From: a virus
Length of the DNA stretch: 64,000 nt
Reading direction: 5' to 3' (one strand)
Virus record (IMG/VR): IMGVR_UViG_3300029922_000004
Part shown: in pieces, positions 35,689-45,821 of the stretch
Layout of the letters: every line of letters starts with the position of its first letter
Position numbering within the stretch: the stretch's first letter is position 1
Translations under genes and position numbers: made by a program
Notes under the pieces: model-generated
Told to the model about the DNA's origin: nothing
What the model saw: the letters and a program-made list of their open reading frames with translations, nothing else
Databases searched by the model: none

Positions 35689-35904
35689 ATGAAAAACCAA
35701 TGGCAACCAATCGAAACCGCTCCGAATGATGACACCATCATAGACATCTGGACTCCATCTGACGGGCGGCTAACAAACTATCAGCGCGAACAATTAAGTC
35801 CGACAAATATATTCTACTCACCAGTCAAATCCGGCGTCTGCTGCGTCCGTAACGCAACCCATTGGATGCCTATACCGAATCCGCCTAACAATAGGAGAAT
35901 ATGA
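35689..35904 (+). CDS. DUF551-like protein (third cassette)
   Basis: WQPIETAP...THWMPIPNPP; ends at an ATCCGCCTAAC half-site (35879-35889). Confidence 0.75.
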   Translation: MKNQWQPIETAPNDDTIIDIWTPSDGRLTNYQREQLSPTNIFYSPVKSGVCCVRNATHWMPIPNPPNNRRI

Positions 35905-36311
35905 CTAACCGCGAGATTGATTTTCGAGTTTGGGCGCGGGGATGGAAACCGCCGCGATACGTTGACCACAAGTTCTTTCAAAGTTCGTATAACATTATTT
36001 TTAATAGTCCGATGTATATTGCCCAACAATTTACGGGGCTAAAAGATAAAAATGATAAAAAAGTCTACGAGGGAGACATCATAAATTTTACCGTTCGCGG
36101 GGTTACTCATGGCCCTGAAGCAGACGAAGTTAAAAACGCCGAAGTGTGGTATTCAGAGGAGGATTTGCAGTTTGTATTCGGACGATACAAGGGAAAACTA
36201 CATTCCGGCGATGAATATACTTATTGGTATTCAATGGCGGATAGGATTGACCGAAAAAGCATTGAGGTAGTGGGGAATATATTTGAAAATAAAGATTTAA
36301 TTAAACAATAA
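35901..36311 (+). CDS. YopX-family protein
   Basis: REIDFRVW...QQFTGLKDKNDKKVYEGDI...IEVVGNIFENKDL. Confidence 0.85.
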   Translation: MTNREIDFRVWARGWKPPRYVDHKFFQSSYNIIFNSPMYIAQQFTGLKDKNDKKVYEGDIINFTVRGVTHGPEADEVKNAEVWYSEEDLQFVFGRYKGKLHSGDEYTYWYSMADRIDRKSIEVVGNIFENKDLIKQ

Positions 36312-36317
36312 AATAAT

Positions 36318-37211
36318 ATGCCTATAACATCATCTATTATCGCCGACAGTATTAACCCAAAAGGTAATCGTTTAACCTCATTCGTGTTGGAATACCCACG
36401 TTACATCCATAGCGAAATTTTAACTCACCGCGTTTTCTCCAAGAACGCGGCCAGTTCCCGCGCTATACCTATAGAAAAGATGATTCAACAGGTTATTGAT
36501 AATCCTGCCATGCCGACACATTGGGGGAAAAATCAGTCGGGGATGCAAGCGAATGAGGAATTAAGTGGTATAGATTTATACGAATGCAAGAAATTGTGGT
36601 TGCTCGCTAGGGATGAAATGGTGGAGTATGTAAAGCAACTTTCCGCCAGTAATCTACACAAACAAATAGCCAATCGCATCCTTGAGCCTTGGTTTCATAT
36701 TAAAATTATCCTTTCGGGGACTGAATTTGAGAACTTCTTTTCTTTACGCGCTCACCCCGCCGCCCATCCAGACCTTCAAAAACTTGCATATTTAATGCTT
36801 GAACAATATAATGAATCTGCTCCAAAACAACTTAACGAGGGAGACTGGCATATTCCGTTTGGAGATAAAATTACCGATGAAGGTTTAAATAAATTATTTA
36901 ATGAATTCGGATTAGGATGTAATTGGGTTAAAGATAGGCAAGATGAATTTAAAATTAAGATAGCGATTGCGAGATGTGCGCGAATTTCGTATCTTAACTA
37001 CGAAGGAAAAGATGATTATGCCGCTGACATTAAACTCTGTGATAGGCTTTTTGGGAATACTCCAAAACACCTTTCCCCGACCGAACACGTTGCTCAAGCA
37101 CAGAACAATTCTGATTGGAGCGGAAACTATAAGGGTTTTAAACAGTATCGTAAGTTCTTCCAAGACGAAAACCTTTCTGACCCGCGAGTAATCAAAAAGT
37201 TTATTTCTTGA
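36318..37211 (+). CDS. thyX: Flavin-dependent thymidylate synthase
   Basis: RYIHSEILTHRVFSKNAASSRAIP signature; ARCARISY; HLSPTEH. Confidence 0.9.
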   Translation: MPITSSIIADSINPKGNRLTSFVLEYPRYIHSEILTHRVFSKNAASSRAIPIEKMIQQVIDNPAMPTHWGKNQSGMQANEELSGIDLYECKKLWLLARDEMVEYVKQLSASNLHKQIANRILEPWFHIKIILSGTEFENFFSLRAHPAAHPDLQKLAYLMLEQYNESAPKQLNEGDWHIPFGDKITDEGLNKLFNEFGLGCNWVKDRQDEFKIKIAIARCARISYLNYEGKDDYAADIKLCDRLFGNTPKHLSPTEHVAQAQNNSDWSGNYKGFKQYRKFFQDENLSDPRVIKKFIS

Positions 37212-37242
37212 CTTTCCCCGAAACCTCTGCTATTATTGGAGT

Positions 37243-38751
37243 ATGAACAGTATTTCCATAGCCAAATACGACAAACCCGATTGGATTGTCCGCAAAGAAA
37301 AATTCAACCGTTATAAGGTCTGCAATGTCAAAAAATTTGGTTTCGGGAATAAAAATCCTCGCGGCGGGAAAGTCCTGTTCGTGTATGACTACGGCAACTC
37401 CCTTCATTTTATAAATCTCTCCTACGGAACCCCCGTAATCGGCGCGGACAGAAAAGCCACGTTCAAGGGTAGTCAATCCAACAAATATATCCTCAAGGTT
37501 AAAAACGGGTGTTTAAATCTTTGGCGGGCGGCGATTGTAGCCGATAACCAAGGACAACACACCAAAAAAGTTATCCGAAATTTCTCCAATAGAATCAATA
37601 GTATGGATAGAGAGCTTCTTTCGTTTGGTACTAAAATGACCTATGGGAAAACGATTCCCAAAACAACTGCCCCGTCGCCAGTAGAAAATCTGTACGAAAT
37701 ATCCTCAATTATAGATTGTTTCGAGTGCGAAGATGGGACAAAAAAAGAAATTCTTAAAACCGAAACCCGCGCATTCAAAATCATTAACATTCGTCTTAAT
37801 AAAATCCTCAGGGAATTTTTTAAGAGAAATAATATCAGCGTCAAACTTACCCCAAAGCCCTTCGATAATATCCGCGCGGGGATTTACAAAGGAACGGCGG
37901 GTTTTGCTCTTTCGGAAAATATTCTTAACTCCACCTATTCAAGACACTTTCGCCACGGCGACATTAAATATGTCATTAAAAAATGTTTCGGACATGATAG
38001 CGGGAAACTGGTAAAATTAGTGTGCGAGCGCATTGAGAAGGATAAGAAGTTCGACATACTCATTCTTGGAAAACTCTTAAAAGGGCTGATTCCAGTGGAT
38101 TATTTCTATCAGTTGATTGATACAGATTTGAGTGAGATACAAAAGATTAGTCCGATGGCTATTAGTATTAAACTAAATCATTGCCGCGAATTACTCAAGC
38201 ATTACAAAGCCCCGCGCCTTTTTAAATTATTTAAAGATGAGGGTATTGGCATGTATAATTTCCGCGATAGCGTTACGATTTATCAGAACCGAAAACTGGA
38301 AGACGGGTATCATTTGCCCGAAAAGCCAAAAACGTGGCAGGAATTGCATAACCATCTTTCCCCGCCGCGAGTGGCCGGTGGTGGACTGAATTATTTAGAA
38401 CCAGTTCAGTTAGATTATCCACTTCCTATTGCTGAAAAGATTAAGGATTTTGATGGCTACGTCTTGGACGACCTAAAGTTTGAAGTCCCAAAGCGGAATC
38501 ACGATTTGACGAAGTATTCTAACTTGATGAATAATTGCATCCGTCATTACGGCCAGCAAGTCAAAGACGGCGGGTGTAGTGTTATGGCCGTCTATCGCGG
38601 GGAAGAATTACTCTATAACATTTCCATTCGCGGGAATAATTTAGACCAGTTTTTGGGCAAGGGAAATTCCGCCCCGAAATCAGAGGACAAGGAAAAAGTT
38701 CATAAATTCTTGAGCCAAAAGGGTTTCGCGGTTCCCGCCGAATGGGATTAG
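37243..38751 (+). CDS. PcfJ-like domain protein
   Basis: C-terminal DL.KYSNLMNNCIRHY...SVMAVY...QFLGKGN resembles the PcfJ 'MxHCVxxY' domain. Confidence 0.65.
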   Translation: MNSISIAKYDKPDWIVRKEKFNRYKVCNVKKFGFGNKNPRGGKVLFVYDYGNSLHFINLSYGTPVIGADRKATFKGSQSNKYILKVKNGCLNLWRAAIVADNQGQHTKKVIRNFSNRINSMDRELLSFGTKMTYGKTIPKTTAPSPVENLYEISSIIDCFECEDGTKKEILKTETRAFKIINIRLNKILREFFKRNNISVKLTPKPFDNIRAGIYKGTAGFALSENILNSTYSRHFRHGDIKYVIKKCFGHDSGKLVKLVCERIEKDKKFDILILGKLLKGLIPVDYFYQLIDTDLSEIQKISPMAISIKLNHCRELLKHYKAPRLFKLFKDEGIGMYNFRDSVTIYQNRKLEDGYHLPEKPKTWQELHNHLSPPRVAGGGLNYLEPVQLDYPLPIAEKIKDFDGYVLDDLKFEVPKRNHDLTKYSNLMNNCIRHYGQQVKDGGCSVMAVYRGEELLYNISIRGNNLDQFLGKGNSAPKSEDKEKVHKFLSQKGFAVPAEWD

Positions 38752-39035
38752 GCCGGTTGAATTAATAGCATAAAATTATGACAATACTAGAACGACTCAA
38801 TAAATATCTCACGGAAAACGTCGGAGAATACCCTCCAGAAATCAGGTATTTTGACGGACTCGCGGAGAACAATCCATTTTGCACTTTAGCGGGAGAATTT
38901 AAGTCGGACAGTATCGAGGGGTCGATTAGTTTGTTTTTAAAATCGAAAGGTTACTAAAACTCCTTGACAAATCCCGAAAATTACGTTAATATTAGATTAT
39001 GAATGAATCCCACAAATTACGCCGTAAGGTAAATC

Positions 39036-39620
39036 GTGTCAAGAGGCTTGCTCGTCGCATCCTTGATGTTCCCGCCGACGAACAAAAAGTCCAGCGTAAA
39101 AACGCCCTTACTTACGAACTCTCAAAAGCGGGGATTAAGATTTAAATTTATGGGACTCATTAAATTCATTAAGCGTTGTAGGCGCGAGGGTTTTGTATGT
39201 GGCTTTGGATGGAAGCCCTCTCCCGAAAAGGAAGAGTTCAAACCTGCACGGAAAGTCAATATTGAGAATCTACTAGAAAAGCCTCAACCTGACCCAGAAC
39301 CGCAAATTGGCTGTATCGCAAAGTCTATCTTGAAGGATTTGGAGAACCCCCAAAATTGGGTTAATGAATATAAATATAACCGAGTGTATTTTACATTCAA
39401 GACGGACAGCAAATCCTATACCATATCCACAAAAGAATATAAATTCTTTAATTTTGATGGTTTGAAGGAGTTTGCCTTTACCAATGATGAAAATAAGGCT
39501 TTAAGCGGTGCTTTTGAGAAATTGTCGGGGATTTTAAACGATAATGAAAGAAAGTCAAATCTGGCAGTTGAATACCAGATTTTGGAAAAGCTCTTTCCTG
39601 AATGCGCGGGAAAGATTTAA
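39036..39620 (+). CDS. Hypothetical protein
   Basis: ORF track; start uncertain (ATG near 39149 is likely). Confidence 0.5.
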   Translation: MSRGLLVASLMFPPTNKKSSVKTPLLTNSQKRGLRFKFMGLIKFIKRCRREGFVCGFGWKPSPEKEEFKPARKVNIENLLEKPQPDPEPQIGCIAKSILKDLENPQNWVNEYKYNRVYFTFKTDSKSYTISTKEYKFFNFDGLKEFAFTNDENKALSGAFEKLSGILNDNERKSNLAVEYQILEKLFPECAGKI

Positions 39621-39622
39621 TC

Positions 39623-40006
39623 ATGCAAGAAATAGAACTAAAGCCAGCCAAACAAAATTCAGAAGTCCACATTGCTCTCGACATGGACTCAACCCTTTCG
39701 TATTATGAAGGATGGGATAAACAAGGACACAAATTAGGAAAGCCTATTAAAAAGATGGTCGAAAATGTAAAATCTTGGCTTAAAAAGGGCTATCTCGTAA
39801 CAATATTTACAGCGAGATTAAGTCACGGAGCAGTCGAATCGGAGCGTCAAATTGCCTTGATACAAAAATTTTTACGAGAAAATGATTTGCCGGATACTTT
39901 GCCCATTTCTTGCGTTAAGGCTCATTGGTTTACAATTTTCATAGATGATAAAGCTTATCATGTAATTCCCAATACGGGAGTTATTGAAGGAAACACTGGA
40001 TTATAA
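39623..40006 (+). CDS. HAD-superfamily phosphatase
   Basis: IALDMDSTL (DxD), IFTAR, FIDDKA. Confidence 0.8.
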   Translation: MQEIELKPAKQNSEVHIALDMDSTLSYYEGWDKQGHKLGKPIKKMVENVKSWLKKGYLVTIFTARLSHGAVESERQIALIQKFLRENDLPDTLPISCVKAHWFTIFIDDKAYHVIPNTGVIEGNTGL

Positions 40007-40007
40007 T

Positions 40008-40256
40008 ATGTCCGTTTACGTTGATAAAATGAAGTCGCGGTATGGACGAATGATTATGTCGCATATGATAGCTCATACCGTAGGCGAGCTGCACGAGATG
40101 GCTATTAAGATAGGCGTCAAAGCTAAATGGTTTCAGGATAAGAAAATCCCGCACTACGATATTTGCCAGTCTAAAAAGAAACTCGCAATAGAAAACGGCG
40201 CGATTGAACTGGACAGGAAAGATTTTGTAACGGTAATGAGATTGATTAAAAAATAA
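40008..40256 (+). CDS. DUF4031-like protein
   Basis: MSVYVD...MSHMIA...ELHEMA.KIG....WFQ....PHYDI. Confidence 0.8.
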   Translation: MSVYVDKMKSRYGRMIMSHMIAHTVGELHEMAIKIGVKAKWFQDKKIPHYDICQSKKKLAIENGAIELDRKDFVTVMRLIKK

Positions 40257-40258
40257 TT

Positions 40259-40756
40259 ATGGTAGCCGATAACCCTCACTGTCCACCCCCGCCGATGTCA
40301 CAAAAGGAAAAACCTTTAGAAAAAGAATCTAAACATTCCAATCCTAAAGATATTATAGGTTCGGATAAAATTCCCCTCCATCTTTGGCCTGAATCTGCAT
40401 CCATATTGGGATGTCTAGGACTCGCTGAGGGGATGTTAAAATACGGAAGGTCTAACTTTCGGGCGGTTGGTGTTCGTGCATCAATTTATTATGATGCTCT
40501 ACGCCGCCATACAATTAAATGGTTTGAAGGGGAAGACGTTGATGAGGAGTCGGGATTACCCCACTTGGCTCATGCGTTGGCTTGTCTCGCTATTCTTGTG
40601 GACGCACAATGCGCGGGGAAACTCAATGATGATAGAGTAATTAAGGGTGGGACTCTTGAACTATTAAAAGAAATGACCCCGCACGTTAAACGCCTCAAAG
40701 AAAAGTATAAGGATAAAAATCCGCGCCATTATACAATAAACGACAATATAAAATAA
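40259..40756 (+). CDS. dATP/dGTP diphosphohydrolase-like protein (DUF5664)
   Basis: NPKDIIGSDKIPLHL...G.LKYG.SN.R...DAL.RH...W.EGED.DEESGLPHLAHA. Confidence 0.85.
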   Translation: MVADNPHCPPPPMSQKEKPLEKESKHSNPKDIIGSDKIPLHLWPESASILGCLGLAEGMLKYGRSNFRAVGVRASIYYDALRRHTIKWFEGEDVDEESGLPHLAHALACLAILVDAQCAGKLNDDRVIKGGTLELLKEMTPHVKRLKEKYKDKNPRHYTINDNIK

Positions 40757-40757
40757 T

Positions 40758-41445
40758 ATGAACGTAACAGCCCTTAAAATGGAAATCCTAGTTCTTGACT
40801 TTGAAGGGTCTCAATTAAATGATATTATTTCCTCTATTGAAGATAACAAGTATTACGTTGTCAAAACAAAAACCATAAATCAAAGGACTATTTCAGATTG
40901 GACTGACGAACATCCGCTAAATAAACGCGCAACTTGTGAACAGGCTTATCTGGAACTTTTTAAATAATAATTTATGACAACCGAACAAGCATTAGAGGAA
41001 ATTGAAAAACACGTCCAATGGTGTCGTGAAGAGGGCGAAACCGATTTGCGGGGAATACTCTGGACAATAAAAACCCTCCGCGAAATAAGCGGAGAGTTTG
41101 GAGGGAGAAAAATCTCTAAAAGTCCTTGACAAAAACCGAAAATTAATATACAATTTAACCATGAACAAAATCAACTATTACAATCACCGCAACAATAAGG
41201 GGCAATTCGCTCGACGCATTTCAATTCCTCGTGCGAAGGACGGAAAATTTACTTCGGCTACAAAACCCCGCCGAATTGTTAATGGCCGACTTTATGGTTA
41301 TAAGGGCATTCAAGTTCGTCTTCGTGGGCAGGAAAGAGGTAAGGCGTTAATTTCCGTGCATAACCAACTTTTTGGATTCGTTGACCCTAGCGAACTCCAA
41401 CTAATTGGTAAGGCTAAAGTAAAGAGTTATCTCGCCAATTCGTAA
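40758..41445 (+). CDS. Small hypothetical ORFs (40758-40967; 41161-41445 with two RxxxGxF repeats)
   Basis: ORF track; HRNNKGQFA and RAKDGKFTS. Confidence 0.55.
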
Positions 41446-41885
41446 TGAGCCGCGCTAGAACTCCTTTAGATTTGACATATCTAAAGATGGCATTTCTTAT
41501 TGCCAATGATAGGAGTGTTGATTCTTTTACCCAAGTCGGGTGTGTCGCAGCGAATGACAAAGGGGAATTAATCGGGGCTTCCTACAATGGTTTCCCCCCG
41601 AAATACGAACCGAACTTTGATATTTCTTTAGAAGAAAATCGTGATAAGAAAAATAAATTAATCTATCACGCCGAACAAAATATTCTCCTGCGTCATCCTA
41701 AAAATTCAATTCACACTCTTTATTTAACCGTGTCACCCTGTAATAACTGTTCAAAGTGGATAGCGGGTCATGGAGTAAAGAGGGTTATCTACGCTAAGGA
41801 ATATCATCGAGAAACAGACTTTAAGGAGATTTTTAAGGAATATGGTGTAGAGTACAAAGAAATGTGTCCGCTTGGATATTTATAA
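41445..41885 (+). CDS. dCMP deaminase
   Basis: YHAEQN and SPCNNC zinc motifs; GASYNG. Confidence 0.9.
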   Translation: MSRARTPLDLTYLKMAFLIANDRSVDSFTQVGCVAANDKGELIGASYNGFPPKYEPNFDISLEENRDKKNKLIYHAEQNILLRHPKNSIHTLYLTVSPCNNCSKWIAGHGVKRVIYAKEYHRETDFKEIFKEYGVEYKEMCPLGYL

Positions 41886-42201
41886 TTTAATTAAATAATA
41901 TGACTAAAAAGTTCATCCCTAATACCCTCAAGCATTGGAAAGTATTTATTCTTCCAAACAATCAACCCGACATCTTTGTGGGAAATTATTACGCCAAAAC
42001 CCGCGAATTGGCAATCGAGATAGCCGCCACCGACAACCAAGTTAATTCTGATGAAAATTGGGACGCGGCAGAAATTAAACCTTGACATTCCACGAAACTT
42101 CTGCTAGTATATTATCCTATGGCTACAAAGAAAACAACCAAAAAGACAGTTAAGAAGTCCCCCGCAAAAGTTGGGGAATCCGCCGAAAATCCTAAACAAA
42201 C

Positions 42202-42726
42202 TTGCGCGGGCAAGTTGCCACAGTATTCTCGGTAAAATCAAATTCCCCGAATAATATCGGGGAACCAATTTTTATGCACGTCGGAAACTACCACGACTAC
42301 AAAAACTTTGACGCTCTCCGCGTTGAAAAGTTTCCTATTACCTTGTGGGACAGGATAAAATACAGCCAAGCGGGTTGTGGAGCAAATGTTTTATCAAATA
42401 TTTTGGGGGAATCACCCTTAAAGTTTAAAAAATCTAACAATCATTACCCCGATTCCTACATGGTCAAACAACTCCGCAAGCATGGAGTTTCGTGCCATAA
42501 AATAACTCAATCCAATCTAACCAACACAAAAGAGGCTTATCTAAAATTGGATGATAGAAATGTTTTAATGTTTTGTCTCCTATTAAAGCGCGGCGAGGGG
42601 TCTTGGGGACTTTTATATAATCAAACATTTTACCACAACCAAGAGTCAAGCCAGTTGCATGTATGGAATTTAATTAACTCTCCTATAAAATCCCTTTTCT
42701 GCCTTCACAAAAAGGAGTGGGCTTAA
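42202..42726 (+). CDS. Hypothetical protein, possibly papain-like fold
   Basis: QAGCGANVLSNIL and later YHN; start uncertain. Confidence 0.35.
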   Translation: MRGQVATVFSVKSNSPNNIGEPIFMHVGNYHDYKNFDALRVEKFPITLWDRIKYSQAGCGANVLSNILGESPLKFKKSNNHYPDSYMVKQLRKHGVSCHKITQSNLTNTKEAYLKLDDRNVLMFCLLLKRGEGSWGLLYNQTFYHNQESSQLHVWNLINSPIKSLFCLHKKEWA

Positions 42727-42969
42727 TATGGTTACTGACCTCAAAAATAATATCCTTAGAGTCCTACAAGTAGGTCAAGAAGTTAAAGTAGAGACCTGTT
42801 TTGGGGTGGTTAAGATGGCAGTTATTAAATGTGATGTGGAAACAGCGACGGCAGAAACTCAAAATGGAAAAATGGCTGCGACGTTATTTATGAATGAAGA
42901 TAATCTTTGGGACTCAAATGTATCCTATGATACAAAAGCCATTTGTAGAGTAATGGTTGGGGATTAAAT

Positions 42970-43413
42970 ATGCCTCGCGAAACAAAATTCAGAATTTGGG
43001 ATACCACAAATCATTGTTTTGTTTATTCCGATGAAAAAGAGGGTAATTGTTTCTTGATTAAGCTGAACGGTGAAGTCACCGATGGAAACGGCAGACATTA
43101 TGACGAAACTTATCCCATCCAGCAATTCGCGGGGATTAAGGATAATGTTGGCGCAGATATTTACGAAGGGGATATAGTAAAAGTCTACGATTCTCGAAAC
43201 CTCTTTCAAATAAAATTTGGTAAAGTAACCCGCTCGGTTGAAGCCCATACCCGTAAAGAAAATTATTTGTTGGAGCTTAATACTTTCTTCTTTGAGTCGC
43301 TAGAAAACAAGCTGCCATTCTTTTCTATTATCAACAATGAGCGCGGGGAACATGATTTGAAGGGAACAAGGATAGTAGGAAATATATTTGAAAATCCTGA
43401 ATTATTGAAATAA
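42970..43413 (+). CDS. YopX-family protein
   Basis: RETKFRIWD...QQFAGIKDNVGADIYEGDI...IVGNIFENPELL. Confidence 0.85.
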   Translation: MPRETKFRIWDTTNHCFVYSDEKEGNCFLIKLNGEVTDGNGRHYDETYPIQQFAGIKDNVGADIYEGDIVKVYDSRNLFQIKFGKVTRSVEAHTRKENYLLELNTFFFESLENKLPFFSIINNERGEHDLKGTRIVGNIFENPELLK

Positions 43414-43414
43414 T

Positions 43415-43816
43415 ATGCCAGCCGTCGAGGATAATAAACAGCGAGTGACAATCCTTTCTCAAAAGGATTTGGAAGTCTCCTACTTTTGCGGCTCTGGTGC
43501 TGGCGGTCAAGCAAGAAATAAAGTCGCGTCTGGTGTCCAATTGCGTCATTTAGAGTCCGGCGCGAGCGGTAGGGCTTGCGATAGCCGTTCGCAACACGAT
43601 AATAAGGTTTCAGCATTTAAACGTCTCTGCGCCGACCCACGGATGAAATTCTGGCTTGCTAAAAAGGTTCACGAGGTCAGACTGGGCGAAACAATAGAAA
43701 AGACAATAGAAGCGGAAACTACACCAGAATTTCTAAAATACGAGGTAAAAGATGCCGATGGAAAATGGATAGAAGTTCCCGCCGATTACTTTGACAGCGA
43801 AAAAGCCACAAAATAA
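43415..43816 (+). CDS. Stand-alone GGQ release-factor-domain protein (peptidyl-tRNA hydrolase domain)
   Basis: DLEVSYFCGSGAGGQARNKVASGVQLRHLESG...RSQHDNK..AFKRL. Confidence 0.88.
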   Translation: MPAVEDNKQRVTILSQKDLEVSYFCGSGAGGQARNKVASGVQLRHLESGASGRACDSRSQHDNKVSAFKRLCADPRMKFWLAKKVHEVRLGETIEKTIEAETTPEFLKYEVKDADGKWIEVPADYFDSEKATK

Positions 43817-43817
43817 T

Positions 43818-44230
43818 ATGTTTAAAATAGACAAAAACAACCTTCCTAAAACCTTATTTGAGGCTATCGAGTTAATCGTCCGAGGGCTTAACGCCGAAGA
43901 GATAGAGTTTATTAAAAGTCAGAAAGACGCGGGGCTGATTCATCATACCGTCGGGATGTAACTCCGCAATGGTCTAGGGCTATGGGGAAAGAATAGTCCA
44001 ATAATCGAAGATGTTAAAAAGAAATATAAAATTTTTGGCCACCCAGACGATGTAAGCGGATTAATTTTTGCTGGCGTATTTTCTGCTGTAAAAGGAAAAG
44101 ACGTGGACAAGGCGTTGGAAAAAGAAGTTGAGAGTTATATCTCGCATTGGAAAAGACATGGGACAAATCCCGAAACCGGCGAAAAGATTAAAGGTTTTAA
44201 AGAGCCAAAATCTATGACTTTTACTATTGA
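43818..44230 (+). pseudogene. DUF6794-like gene with in-frame TAA
   Basis: Hand translation ...HHTVGM*LRNGLGLW...GHPDDVSGLI...; TAA at 43959-43961; frame open on both sides. Confidence 0.65.
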
Positions 44231-44261
44231 CAAAGAGGGAGAAATCAAGTATCTTTAGTGG

Positions 44262-45344
44262 GTGCAAATTGACCTCTCAACCATAGACCGCGACTCCTTC
44301 AATCTTAAAGAGGGGGTCGTCAATGGCCGCGAGGTTATCCTCATTAATCCAAAGGACTTTGCTTGTGTATGGTCTCGCCAAAACCTTAACCAGCGTTCAC
44401 TCATTGTAGATAAAAGCGGGAATATTTTATCACACGGACTGTTCAAATTCTTCAACTATGGTGAAAAACCTGACCTCTATCCTAACCCCGATAACGCTAA
44501 AGACGGAACATTGGTTGAAAAAATTGACGGAAGTTGTGTCCTTTTTGATTGGATTGACGGACTTAACGCGAGAACGCGCGGGACTTTATCGTATAAAACT
44601 TTAGTCAACGCCCCCGACTTTGACTTCGTTCTAAAAAAGTATCCTAATTTAGAAAATATAGTCCGTGCGAACCCTGACTATACTTACATCGCAGAAATTA
44701 CCACGCCCAATCAGAAAATCGTTTTGGATTACGGCCAAGAGCCAGAATTATATTACCTCGGCTGCATCCACAAAGAAACTGGACTCTATACCCCGTTTTT
44801 TGCTGATACCGATTACACGATAGATAAAATCGGCTGCAAAGTCCCCGCGATTTACGACCTCAAAGGCAGTCTCGCGGAAATCTACGAGCAGATTAAGATT
44901 TGGGAAAAGAAAGAGGGCGCGGTATTGGTTTATAATGACAATCAAAGCATGGTGAAATTGAAATGTCTTTCCTATCTTAAACTTCATTATTTTAAATCTA
45001 CTTGTAATTTAAATTCTTTATTGGATTTGTATTTTGAATGGTCATGTCCGCATATCCCCGATTTTCGTGATAAATTAGCGGCGAATTTCGATTTTGAATG
45101 CCTTACCCAAGCTTCTCCTTTGATAGGGAATATTCAAGATGCTATTGACGTGGCAGAGGATAAGATTATCGAATTTTGCATCATTAAGGATGCTAATCGG
45201 GATTTAAACCAAAAAGACTACGCCCTAAAGGTATTGGCGGAATATAAGGAAAATTCGTCTTATTTGTTTGAACTGCGGGCAAAGGGTATGCTATCCCCGA
45301 AGAGTCTGAGAAAACTGCTGGAAAAGGAGTTAGAATTAGTTTAA
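44262..45344 (+). CDS. T4 Rnl1-like RNA ligase
   Basis: FKFFNYGE, EKIDGS (motif I), TRGT, AEI, EGAV (motif IV), MVKLKCLSY (motif V). Confidence 0.85.
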   Translation: MQIDLSTIDRDSFNLKEGVVNGREVILINPKDFACVWSRQNLNQRSLIVDKSGNILSHGLFKFFNYGEKPDLYPNPDNAKDGTLVEKIDGSCVLFDWIDGLNARTRGTLSYKTLVNAPDFDFVLKKYPNLENIVRANPDYTYIAEITTPNQKIVLDYGQEPELYYLGCIHKETGLYTPFFADTDYTIDKIGCKVPAIYDLKGSLAEIYEQIKIWEKKEGAVLVYNDNQSMVKLKCLSYLKLHYFKSTCNLNSLLDLYFEWSCPHIPDFRDKLAANFDFECLTQASPLIGNIQDAIDVAEDKIIEFCIIKDANRDLNQKDYALKVLAEYKENSSYLFELRAKGMLSPKSLRKLLEKELELV

Positions 45345-45383
45345 TTGCTTGACAATCGCCGCAAATTCTGGTAATATTGTTAA

Positions 45384-45821
45384 GTGAAAATCAAGAAACT
45401 AATCCTTATCCGCCATTGTTCGGGCGCGGGGTCTTCGACTTTGGCTAAGTTTTTGTCAACTTATTTGGATTTTGGGATAGATGCTGGCGGTAAAGTGTGC
45501 CATTATGAGGCAGACCAATGGATGATGGACGCCGATGGGAATTATAAATTCGATGCTGTAAAATTGGGGTATTGTCACGCTCAATGCAGACACTCGACGG
45601 CCAAAGCAATGTTGAACGAAGTTCCGGCGATTATAGTTTCTAATACCTTTTCCCGCGAAAGCGAGATTGCGCCTTATATTGAGTTGGCGGAAATAAACGA
45701 TTATGAGGTTACTGTAATGATTTTGGAAAATCGTCATGGCAATAAGAGCGTCCATAATGTGCCAGAGGAGACTTTGCAACGCCAAGAGACAAATATTAAA
45801 AATAGTTTAAAATTAAGATAA
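45384..45821 (+). CDS. Polynucleotide-kinase-like P-loop protein (AAA_33-like) with degenerate Walker A
   Basis: LILIRHCSGAGSST; EADQW; IIVSNTF; HGNKSVHNVPEETLQRQ. Confidence 0.75.
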   Translation: MKIKKLILIRHCSGAGSSTLAKFLSTYLDFGIDAGGKVCHYEADQWMMDADGNYKFDAVKLGYCHAQCRHSTAKAMLNEVPAIIVSNTFSRESEIAPYIELAEINDYEVTVMILENRHGNKSVHNVPEETLQRQETNIKNSLKLR

